In this document: positions 1 through 13,100 of the stretch, one piece after another
Numbering within the stretch: position 1 is the first letter of the stretch
How the letters are laid out: every line of letters begins with the position of its first letter
From: Macrostomum lignano
Taxonomy: Eukaryota
Direction: 5' to 3'
Assembly (NCBI GenBank): GCA_002269645.1
Contig: NIVC01001192.1
Coordinates: 1 to 64,000, forward strand
DNA length: 64,000 nt
Made by a program: the position numbers and the translations under genes
Notes under the pieces: generated by a model
The model's database searches: none
Told to the model about the DNA's origin: nothing
What the model saw: only the letters and a program-made list of their open reading frames with translations

Positions 1-62
1 GGCGCCAGCATCAGGGCGCCAGCATCAGGGGCGCCAGTATCAGGGGCGCCAGCATCAGGGGG
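1..62. repeat. Short tandem repeat (GGCGCCAGCATCAGGG-type units), cut by the window start
   Basis: Four near-identical ~16-17 bp units visible at the window start. Confidence 0.7.
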
Positions 63-787
63 CCTCCCCTTGCCCCTGCCTGCGCCCTGTAAAGATGACA
101 ATTTGCATTGTATGGTTTAGCATTATCTCGTTCAACTCTAACCGCCCTGCAAGTTAAGCAGAATTGGCGCTGGTTAGTTTTAACCTACATTAAATATGGT
201 CTTACCTTCGGTTAGTCGTACTGTGATAGACATGGGTTTTGCTGCGACCCCAACCTTTAGTGCTAAATTTTAATAGTTTTCTTTCATATGCAATTACAAA
301 CAATAGCGTTACTGATTTATTTGTTTTAAATTGATTGATATTTTCTGTATCGGTACACTCAATGAAAAAGTAAGCACAAATATTCTAACAAATAAATTTA
401 ATGCAATAGAAAACATTCTGAATGTCCTATACTTGCTACTAAGAGTAGAATAGAGCGAATTTTTTGCTTTTACTTGACTAATTCTTGTCTAATAAGAAAA
501 AACTTATATACAGTTGAATATTGCAATAAATCAATCAATCGATACTGCGCTGAGCTGAGTGAACTCAACAGCTGCAATAATGAGCTGAGGAAACCCGACT
601 CTGGTCAGCCCCGGCATTTCTTTGTGAGGCCAATCAATAGAATGAAGGCTAACGCTTGGAATTTGAGATATTCCTATTCTAAGCATCTCATAGGTATTTT
701 AGTAATTGAATTATATTTTATAATAATCCTTATAATCCTGGACAGGCATATTGTATGTGTTCAAGGAATCGCTAGAGTCTAGATTAC

Positions 788-900
788 AGGGGTTGGCAAA
801 CTCATTGGTCCGAGGGCCACATGCGCCCCGCTAGGCCTCTCTAACCGGCCCTCGGGTCCTTTAAAGCCTCACAATAGCAATCCGGCCCGCTCAGGGTCTG
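788..900. mobile_element. Possible hAT-like MITE end
   Basis: Begins CAGGGGTTGGCAAAC, which resembles hAT-type termini. A similar CAGGGGTC start with a GA-rich tract occurs near 12570. The partner terminus was not identified. Confidence 0.3.
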
Positions 901-1019
901 TGTCTCTTCTCAGCTCTCTTCTCTCTTCTCCCTCTTCTCTACCGTCTTTTCTCACCCCTCTCCTCTCTGCTCTCCTCTTCACTTCTCTATCTTCTCATTT
1001 ATCTATTCTCTCATTCCGC

Positions 1020-2133
1020 CTCTCCTCTCCTGGCCACGGCTCTGAGGAACACCGCTCTGATGGTAAGGGCTTAGGCCATCCCCCCAGTCGGATATCTTTT
1101 GCCTGGCTGTTGGGTTCCGCGGTTGCGGCCCAGCGCTCTCTCGCGGACCTTAGCCCCCATTTGCTTTGCAGCGGACTATATGGGGTACTAATGTACGACC
1201 ACCGCCGTCCCTGCATGATGCTGGAACGCCAACTGAGTTTTCAAAACTACAAACGCCAACTGAGTTTTCAAACTTCAAAACCTGCGTTGAAGTTACTGGA
1301 CAACAGGATAGTTGAGCCTCACATCTCTAAGAAAGCCGCCTCATCTACCGCTTCTGAGAAGGGTGCCGGCAACTCTGCGAATACTGCGGGGTGGGCCGAA
1401 ATTCGTGCATCGGTTGCTGCCAAGCTTCTAGTGATGCAACTCTCACGGCTACGGAGGGATCCGACAGGTGCCGACAGCGTCCGGGTGATGACTGAATGCT
1501 TGAGAGACTAGCTGGGGATGTCCAGCAGTTGTGATTTGTCCACTGTCGAGGCTTGATCAGTGAAACTGGAGAAATTTTTGCAACACGATGTCCATAGTCA
1601 CCTGGTGCCACCTGTTGAGGGTCCAGAAGCTCCACCTGGATGAAAGCCAGTGACCAACAAAGTCAGAGCTGATGCAGACACGTGGTGGTCGACGTGCTGA
1701 TGAAATTTGGAGGCTTGGCAAGGCTGCAGGGCTGATTGGCGCACGGGGGTTGTACTGAATACACTAACGCGTATGGGAAAAATCCGACCTTCTGGCAGAA
1801 TCGTTGAATATCTCGACGGTCCGAAGGACTGGCAACTTGATTCTTGTTAGAAAACTGGAGTAATAAAAAGTTTTTCCGTATTCTTGAATTTCGTGTGACT
1901 GTGTTGCTCCGTTCCGGCGCAGCAAAAAAAACAGCTGGACCAAATCTAGGCTGGACTCCCACCTGGTCAAGATGGCCCTAAGCGGCACCGTGCTTCGAGT
2001 CCTGAAGACCAGGAGGATCAGGCCCTCCACATCCAATCCCGCCGACAGCCAGTCTGGGCAGCAGCTCCTCGAGATGCTGAAAGCCTTCGACTGGGCGTTG
2101 CGGAGTTGGGTACTTACTTACTTACTTACTACT
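1020..2133 (+). mobile_element. Degenerate, internally deleted RTE-like non-LTR retrotransposon
   Basis: Broken frames resemble RTE ORF pieces (VTNKVRADADTWW; LDSHLVKMALSGTV). Ends in a (TACT)n tail at ~2115-2133. Confidence 0.45.
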
Positions 2134-2159
2134 GACGGAGGGCGAAGGCGCCGCAAATA

Positions 2160-4150
<1,991 letters not shown>

Positions 4151-4309
4151 GCTCGAAGCGCCACTTGAGCTGCGCCGCTCGATCAAAAGCCACGACAAAA
4201 AGGAAAATCACTCGCCGCTACGCTTTTCAAAACCTATGACAGAATGATGCAAAATCTTAAAATTATTCGAATAAAATTTCTGCGACAAGCATCAAATCTT
4301 AATAAATGT

Positions 4310-4590
4310 GTCCCATGAAAGACATAAAATCTCAATAAGTGTGTCCGAGACAGACATCAAATCTTAAAAGGTGTGTCCGAGACAGGTATCAAATCTGAAT
4401 AAAGGTGTCCGAGACGGACATCAAATCTTAAAAAGTGTGTCCGAGACAGGTATCAAATCTGAATAAATGTGTCCGAGATAGAAATCAATCTTAAAAAGTG
4501 TGTCCGAGACAGGTATAAAATCTCAATGTGTCCGAGACAGGCATCAAATCTGAATACATGTAACTGTGTCCGGGACAGGTAGTTTACAGG
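4310..4590. repeat. Minisatellite (TGTGTCCGAGACAGGYATCAAATCT-containing units)
   Basis: About 8 imperfect copies visible. Confidence 0.8.
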
Positions 4591-4819
4591 TAGACAAGGA
4601 CAGGCAAAATGAATTTGTGCCGCGCCCCCACGGCCCCAGAGGCACCCCCGTCCATACGCCGATGGTTTCGAGAGGCTGCAACTCCGTCAACGCAGTCCTG
4701 ATTGGCCAGGGGGACCCTTGAGCTCAAGGAGCTCAAGCTGTAAAACTTTCACCATTGGGCAACACTAGCCAACAGGCAGGCAAGCAGGCGCTCTCTCAAC
4801 AGGTTTCTTAACAATTCAA

Positions 4820-4896
4820 ATTTGAGCTTCAAGAATCTGATAGTAGCTGGCAGACATTAGCTGCTGTGCGAGTATCTTAACACCTGGGCAATTAAG
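4820..4896 (+). other. Candidate non-coding first exon of the cholinergic locus (5' boundary uncertain)
   Basis: Consensus donor AAG|GTAAGT at 4896/4897, CCAAT-box-like ATTGG near 4702, and unpaired acceptors downstream at 7060/7093 and 10109/10125. Confidence 0.45.
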
Positions 4897-7227
4897 GTAA
4901 GTAATTATTTTGAAATTCCGAACGATTTCATTGAGACGGCTTTACAAATAACTCTCCATGCACTTCAATATAATGAATATAGTTCTTGCAATTTTGTCAT
5001 TCTTTACCTGAGTGAATATTTTTCTTTTCTGAGTATTGAATCAGAGCATACTCGAATTTTGTCTGATATGCGTTGACGTTGGTATGCGTTCGATATCAAA
5101 CTTTGCGGTGCACAGAGACCTTGTTTTTCAATATTTAGGTTTATTTTTTGCAAAAAATCCCAAGCTAAAGGTAAAGTTCGTATGTGAGCTTCTCCCGCCA
5201 CTTGACTTTCTAATCGTCAGGCATGTGTAGCTTCGTACACTTTCTGTGCCGTGAAACTGCTCAAAGGTTTGCCACCGCTCGTTTTTCATCCAAGAAGCGA
5301 ACGGCGACCCTTGGCAGCCGCTGACCACATATTCATTTCGAATATTCATTCGCATTTAATCTATCGTATATAAAACCACAACAGCCTTGACTGCGGAATT
5401 GCTGGCTAAGGAAGCAAACAAAGAAAAGTAGCTCCAGCATCTCTGCTGCCCTCGTGCTTCTCTGCATCCCCGGGCGTCTGAGCCCCATCAGCCCCCCTCG
5501 CCCTTCCCTCAACGTAACCAACGCACACGGCTCCTTCGTCGCATGCAGCAGCTGGCCAGCCTCCCATGAAACTCCCCAAAAAACTCTCCAAGCCCCCAAT
5601 CGCCTCAGACCATGAGAATCTGCAGCCCACCTTTCGCTACCAATATTGGCTGGCTGAAGCTGGACAACTGGCGGACTGCAGGGGCAGTGCAGGCTTCAGC
5701 CTACTTTACTTTCATTCCGTAATCCAAACTGATTTGATCGATTCGTTCCTCATCGTGGCCCAAATTTCCATAACCCGCGCTTAGGCGGTGCAGCCCAGTG
5801 TTGCCGAAGAACAGCCCGCTACTTACAGCAGCCAGATCGCCAACAGGATTTGACAGATTGAACTGCTGTTCTCTTCTCCCTGACAAAGAGAACCTCAGGT
5901 TTGTTTAAAAATCGCCCCCCCAACCGCTGACCAGCTGGCGAGGGCGGGAGGAAATTCCGGGAGAAACAATTCCGCTTTTTCCACCCTGTTGAGAAGAGCT
6001 CAGGCCCGCGCTTCTTCACCTTGGTGGACCATCCGCTTTGGGTGGGCATGCAGGGGGCAGGGATGAAGAATGAGCATCTCAGCTCCCTTCCTCGCTTCCT
6101 CTGTCCCACCCTCGCCTTTTCCTCCTCATTTTTCTCCTATTCTTCTTTTGCATAGAGAGAGGGGGGAGGGGATGCGGGAGCAGGGCGGGGGCTACAAAGC
6201 AAAAAACAGCGAGAATTCTTTAGGCAAACAGCAGACGCTCTTCGCCTGCCGTCCTTCGCGCGCTCAGTTCTCTCGCCAGCCTCTCCAGCCCCTTCGCCTA
6301 AATAGCTCACCGCCCTGCTTCACTCAACAGCCCGGCCCCCTCTTCTCAAGGCTTATAATAGGCCCTATTGATTTGCTAAGTTGCATTTCCTCTGGGGGCT
6401 GGGACACGATACCTGCTTCCACCTTGCTTTTGTCAAGTACTCTGTCGTCATCCACCCCAGTCCCCTAGCAAGCAGGCCTGCATATTCACACCGTGCCGTC
6501 TGCATTGGATCCAAATTGTACCACCGCTCCCTCCTCCCACCAAACCTGCAGCGGGCCTGAGACAGAGGGGCACGTGAGCTGCCGAAGAAAGAAAGTGTAG
6601 ATTGGATGGCCTGGCAGGCAGACTTGAGACAGCAATGGGCTTGGCTGAGACTTGAGACAGCAATGGGCTTGGCTGAGGGGGGGCGTGGCGGGCCAGCCAT
6701 CTTGGCTGGAAAATAATGAGAAGGGAACATGCAGATTAGTACGTGCACCCGCAATGCCTCGCCTAGGTCGATGCGTTGTTTGAACCACTTCAGGCTCCTC
6801 TTGTGCGCGCGTGTCTGTGTGACTGACTGTCGGAGTAGGGAGCGGAGCGAGAAACATTGAGATGTAGAAGTCTGGTGACAATCTTGATAGTAATAACATT
6901 TTATCACTTTCAAATGATTCAACTCTGCATCAATCTTTATAAAGTACATGATGTACTTTGCTGACACCCAATGATGCTGCTTAGTCATCCATTTCAACCA
7001 GAATAAAAGCGATTTCTTTATTAGTCATTTCAAGCGTTGCTTTATCGATTTGTGTTGCAGGCTAAGCGCGCGTCTTGCCGTCTCTCTACTCAGGTGCAGC
7101 AAGTTGCGGCCAATCAGGAATATTAGAGTAACTGGTCCTCTAGCATCCACAGCGCTACTATCTAGACACAGCTAAGCGACACGATCTTGACACAGGCAAT
7201 TTCACAGAAGACTTCAAACCCAACACA

Positions 7228-8816
7228 ATGTGGGCCTATATTCAGTCAGTGATCGAGGAGCCGCAGTCGCAGCGGAAGCTGGTCCTCATCATAGTCTGCA
7301 TCGCGCTGCTACTGGACAACATGCTCTACATGGTGATCGTGCCAATCATTCCGCACTACCTGACCAACGTCACTAACGAGCTGCGCAATCGCGAGGGCTA
7401 CAACGAGACGACAACCAGCAACTACACAGAGATGCGCAACCACACGCTGTACCATCACTACAACCACACAAGCCACCTCAGGTTTCGCTGGCTGGTGGCG
7501 GAGAACGCCGAGCCCAAGATTGGCTACCTGTTTGCCAGCAAGGCGGCCGTCCAGCTGCTTGTGAACCCCATCAGCGGGACAATCATAGATCGAATGGGCT
7601 ACGACCGGCCCATGATGTTCGGCCTCTCCATTATCTGCCTGTCGACAACCGTGTTTGCGTTCGGCAAGTCCTACAATGTGATGTTCCTGGCGCGCGGTCT
7701 GCAGGGCCTCGGCTCCGCGTTCGCCGACACCTCCGGCCTGGCAATGATCGCCGACCGGTTCACCGAGGAGGCCGAGCGCACCAAGTCTCTGGGGATCGCG
7801 CTGGCCTTCATCTCGTTCGGCTCGCTGGTCGCGCCCCCGTTCGGCGGCATTCTGTATCAGTACTTCGGCAAGGAGCTGCCCTTCATGGTGCTGGCGCTCA
7901 TCGCTCTCATCGACGGCTGCCTGATGCTCGTTGTTATGAAACCTGTGCGAGCTGAGCGGCGCACCCAGAAGGCCATCGGAGAGCTGCCGAAGGGGACGCC
8001 GTTCCACCGACTGATACGCGATCCGTACATCGCCACCTGCGCCGGCGCCCTGGCCATGGCGAACGTCTCGCTGGCCTTCCTGGAGCCAACAATTTCAATC
8101 TGGATGCAGAAGCGGCTGAATTCCAGCAACTCCGAGCAGGGACTTGTCTGGCTGCCCTCGTTCTTTCCCCACGTGCTCGGCGTATACAGCACGGTGTACC
8201 TGGCTAGACGCTTCCCCAAGTATCAGTGGCTGATGGCGGCCATCGGCCTGGCCATGGAGGGCATCTCTTGCCTGTTTGTGCCATTCTGCACCGACTTCGT
8301 CTCGCTGATGATCCCGATCTGTCTGCTGTGCTACGGCATCGCCTTGATCGACACGGCCCTGCTGCCGACTCTGGCCTACGTGGTTGACCACCGCTACGCG
8401 TCCGTGTACGGCTCCGTGTACGCCATCGCGGACCTGTCCTACAGCCTGGCGTACGCAGTCGGCCCAGTGGTGGCCGGGCAGCTGGTGACCGCCATCGGAT
8501 TCACCGGGATGAACATCGTCATCTTTCTTACTAACATTCTGTACTCGCCGGTGCTCATGGTGCTGAGGAATGTCTACAAGTACGAAGGATTCGAGCCGCC
8601 GAAGGAAGGCGTCGAGGCTTTCACTGACGCTGGCGGCGGAGCCAGCGGCGGCGGTCTCGGCGGCGACGTTGGCATTCAAGCCGCGCCGACACCGCAGTAC
8701 CGGACCTACATGCTCAACGGCGGCGAGGGCGGCGCTGCCAAGCCGCTGGACAGCAAAGCGTCGCCGCCTGATATGAACGCCGGTTTCGTTGCCAACTTCC
8801 CGGATGTTCAGCAGCT

Positions 8817-8860
<44 letters not shown>

Positions 8861-8898
8861 AGCAGCCGGGCTGGACGAATCGCGGGCCACTGGAGTGA
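7228..8898 (+). CDS. VAChT: Vesicular acetylcholine transporter (SLC18A3/unc-17), intronless, 556 aa
   Basis: SLC18 motifs LLLDNMLYMVIVPIIP, LFASKAAVQLLVNP, GLQGLGSAFADTSGLAMIADRF, YGSVYAIADLSYSLAYAVGP; lies directly upstream of ChAT. AATAAA at 9412-9417. Confidence 0.97.
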
Positions 8899-10162
8899 GG
8901 CTGCGCGGAATCGAGGGCCGACAGTTCCTTAGACAAAGGAATGAAATATTTTTTAACGTTCATAGCAGTACAGACCATTTGATATGACTTTATCATATTT
9001 TTAGTGTTGTCATGCTGCCTATAGATGTGAACTTTAGCTATTTTGCTTGTCAAAATTGAATTGCGAAATTTAGGTGCGCGTCAAGTTTACTGGTATCTGT
9101 TTTAGTCTTGATGGCATCAATAGCTTTTCTATTCTGTGTTAAATGCTTTGCCGAAGATTAGTCTCTTTTTCTAGCTGTGTCGTCTGTTTTTTATCAACAT
9201 TTGGGAACTTGTGAACAGCATAATAACTCCTGTAAGCTGTTTTATATAGCACTGGCGCACCTGTTCGACTTCTATCCGAGCTGTTTTGAGATGCGCTTCT
9301 GTTGTTACTTGATTGCTTAACTCCTTTTTAAATTTGATTTAAGTCTGTAGGACTGGCAAGCGCAGCTAGCGGTCCTTGAATTACTCCTCATTGCATTGAA
9401 AAGGTTGTTTGAATAAATCGATTTTCTAGTAAAATTCTTAGAATTCACGTCGCTCTCCTGCACACCTGTTGTTTACTTGTCACGCGCGCACCTGCAGTAT
9501 CCACCTTACCTTAGCGCTATTGTGTTTCTTCTTGTTGCTTACTAAAATTCGTGCTCGAGTCTTATTCGTTATTCTATATTTAAGCAAAATGTTTTAGAAT
9601 TTTAATGTTCTTGATACTGTAGCTGTTGTTTTATTTTTATTAATTTTTCTTTTGCTTCCTAAAACAAAATCCTCGATAACAAAATTGTTTTCAAAGTAAA
9701 CAGATGAGCTTGTTCTAATATTTCATAAATCTTTCTGATTGACCTATGTACGTACCTTTTGATTCAGTACACCAGATGGAGAGCCGTGAGCTGTATCGAT
9801 AGCTATTTAAGAATTGCATTGCATTGCTCGAGTTTCTTATTTAATACAAATAGCTAAAGTGTATTTTTAGCATCATTTCAAATTTGGTGCTTAGTTTGTA
9901 TTTCCCTGAGGAATGAGTTTGCTGAGCCACAGAAGATCCCAGCCGACTCCCCCACATCGCATTTGTCCCGCGACCTTTTACCCAGCTGGAGCCCAGTCGG
10001 TTTCCTTTGTATTCGAAGTTCCCAGGAGCCTCTAAGGTTTCAGGTTGAATCTGTGTTGTCTTTTAATTTCACTTTCGAACCATTGAAATAGCATTTAATT
10101 TCATTCCAGAGCCTTCTTCTTCCAGTGGTAAACAGAAACAGCAACCAAATCAAATCTGCGAC

Positions 10163-13100
10163 ATGCCATCCGAACAAGTGCGCGAGTTCGTTCGCCGCAT
10201 CTCATCGAAAGATTCGGACGAATATCCCAACTGGGATCCGACAGTAAGCACAATTGTATTGGTGGGATTTGAATTAATCATTTAATATGTATATATAGCT
10301 TGAAGTTTAAGGTCGAAAGTCAAAACACGTACACTGATCTCACCTGTACATTTGTCCCTACGTGTACATTTATTCCATCTGTGCATTTATCCCACGTGTA
10401 AATTGATCCCACCTGTACATTGATCCTATTTGTAAATTAATCCCACCTTCCATTTATCCAAACGTGTAAATTGATCCCACCTGTACATTGATCCTATTTG
10501 TAAATTAATCCCACCTTCCATTTATCCAAACGTGTAAACTTATTCCACGTGTAAATTTATCCCACCCGTGCATTGATCTCACCTGTACATTGATCCCACC
10601 TGTACATTGATCCCCACCAGTACATTGATTCCACTTTTACACTGATTCCACCCGTACATTGATCCCACCTATCCATTTATCCTACCTGTCCATTTATCCT
10701 ACCTGTACATTTATCCTACCTGTACATTTATCCTACCTGTACATTTATCCTACCTGTCCATTTATCCTACCTGTACATTTATCCTACCTGTACATGTATC
10801 CAAACTGTACATTTATCCCAACCTGTAAATTTATCCCACCTGTACATTTATCCCACCTGTACATTGATCCCACCTGTACATTTATCCAACCTGTACATTT
10901 ATCCTACCTGTACATTTATTCCACCTGTGTGGCGGTCACGCCACACGCGCGTACGCGCTCCAGCAGCCACCCCAACCCCGGCCGGGGAGGCCGGCGCTAG
11001 GTGCACGGTCGCTGTGCGTTGATTGGCTGCCCAGTGTACACCGCTGGCCTATATAACTTTAGACTTTTGTCTCGCGCGCCTCCACCCTGCTACTTCCAAA
11101 TAAACTTTACGTGGCTCAACTCGCCACATTGGTGAGCCCGACTCTCAACCGCCTGTTTGAGAATAACTCCTCAGTATGTCAACTGAGTCTGCGGTAGCCC
11201 TCAAGCTGCCCACGTTCTGGGCCAGCCAGCCTCGCGCCTGGTTCATCCAGGCAGAGGCGCAATTCGTCCTCCGCAAGATCACGCAAGACGCTACCAAGTA
11301 CTTTCACCTCGTAGCCGCGCTGGACCAGCAGTCAGCCGAGCGCCTGCTGGACGTGCTTGAGACACCGCCGGCTGAGAACAAGTACGATGCTCTCAAGGCC
11401 CGCCTCCTCGGCACATTCGGCCTGACGCAGCAACAGCGTGCCAGCCGGCTGCTCAACCTGGCCGGCCTCGGTGACCGCCGCCCGTCCGAGCTCATGGACG
11501 AGATGCTGGCCCTGCTCGGCAACCACCGGCCCTGCATGCTCTTCGAGGAGCTTTTCCGCCAGCAGATGCCGGCCGACATTCGCATGGCACTCGTCTCCGC
11601 GGATTTCGCTGACCCGCGCGCAGTTGCGCGACTCGCGGATGAACTCTGGGCGAGCCGGGCACAGCCCGTGGCCACCGCCACCCTGCCGCCAGAGCACCCG
11701 CCGGTAGTTGCTGCCACCGCCCGCCCAGCTCGCGCCAAGCCGCAGCAGCACCAGCCGAGGGAGGCCGACGGCCTCATCTGTTTCTTCCACCGGCGTTGCG
11801 AGCCGCCCTGCCAGTTCTCGGGAAACGTTACGGAAAACAAATAAACTTTACGTGGCTCAACTCGCCACACCTGTAAATTTATCCCCACATGTAAATTTAT
11901 CCCACGTGTAAGTTAATCCCACCTGTACATTTATCCCACCAGAACATTGAAGTCAACGCGTGTACATTTCTCATGCCTGCGTATTCATGGTAGCTTGATG
12001 TACTCCAGTGCCGACACCTTCAACTTTGTATAGAATGTTCAATCGTTGTCTACCTTTATCAACAAACTTTGCGTCAATTTATTAGAACTATTAAATACTT
12101 CAACCTGAGAATTCTGTTCATCAATGCAGAGACCCCTGCCGAAGCTGCCGGTGCCGGAGCTGCACGCCACCCTGGCAACCTACCTGAAGCTGGTCGAACC
12201 CGTTGTGTCCGAGGAGCGCTTTGCCAATACGAAACGAATCGTCCAGGAGTTTCTTCAGCCCGGCGGCGTCGGGGAGAAGCTGCAGAAGCAGCTGGTGGAG
12301 ACCGCGAAGACCAAGGAGAACTGGGTAAAAGTCAATGTCAATTGTGACCCTTAGGAGAGCACTGATCATAGTGACACGGCCACTGCAACAGCTCGTTTAC
12401 GAGGTCAAGATTATCTGTACATAATTTGTACATTTATTAAATACGAGGCGTAAGGCACCCTCTGTACCATAGGAGTTTTGTATATTCGTATTTTTTAATT
12501 TGTCTGATAGCCAAAGCATTCAGCATGCTCTCGAGAAACTGGTTTTTTCTAGACCGAAGTTGTCTATGGCAGGGGTCTCAAGGGCCTGATAAAGAATCCA
12601 GCTCATGGCTGCGGGCCAAATGAGAGAGAAAAGGAGAGAGAACTGAATATGAGAGATGAGAGATGAGAGATGAGAGGAGAGGCGAGAGACGGAATGAGAG
12701 AAGAGATAAGTGAGAAGATAGAGAAAAGAAGAAAGAGGAGAGGAGAGAGGAGAGGGGCGAGAGAAAAGGGGAGAGAGGAGAGGCGAGAAAGAAGACGAAA
12801 GACGGGAGAGAAGAGAGACACAGAGATGATGGGTCGGCAGACTTTTTACCTCAAGGGTCAGATTGAGAACCTAGAGCATGGCTGCAGGCCAGAGGAGGAG
12901 AGATAGGAGATGGGCAGAGGGAAAGAAGATTGTTGAGAGATACAAGAAATAAGAAGGGAGAGGGGAGAGGAGAGAGAGGAGAGAAGAGGAGATAAAAAGA
13001 GAAGAGGAGAGAAAAGAGAAGAGACACAAGCCCTTGTATAAATTGTATAATTTAACCTTGTATAAATGCCTAACTAACCATTGAAGGTGAGCGACTGGTG

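Larger units (their letters stand above)
10330..11965. repeat. 17-bp minisatellite (CCCACCTGTACATTTAT), interrupted by an LTR element
   Basis: Dozens of imperfect units at 10330-10927, resuming at 11870-11965. Confidence 0.9.

Noticed and set aside
7309-8679. Antisense ORFs over VAChT, and similar ones over gag, MVK and WD40
   Set aside because: Shadow frames of GC-rich coding sequence with no recognisable motifs.
6803-9491. Complementary 11-mers flanking VAChT (GTGCGCGCGTG at 6803-6813, CACGCGCGCAC at 9481-9491), reminiscent of the pairing elements at C. elegans unc-17
   Set aside because: The match does not extend, is low complexity, and about one such match is expected by chance between kilobase-sized flanks.
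9902-9911. TCCCTGAGGA as a COE/UNC-3 cholinergic selector site
   Set aside because: It mismatches TCCCNNGGGA, is a single instance, and has no conservation support.
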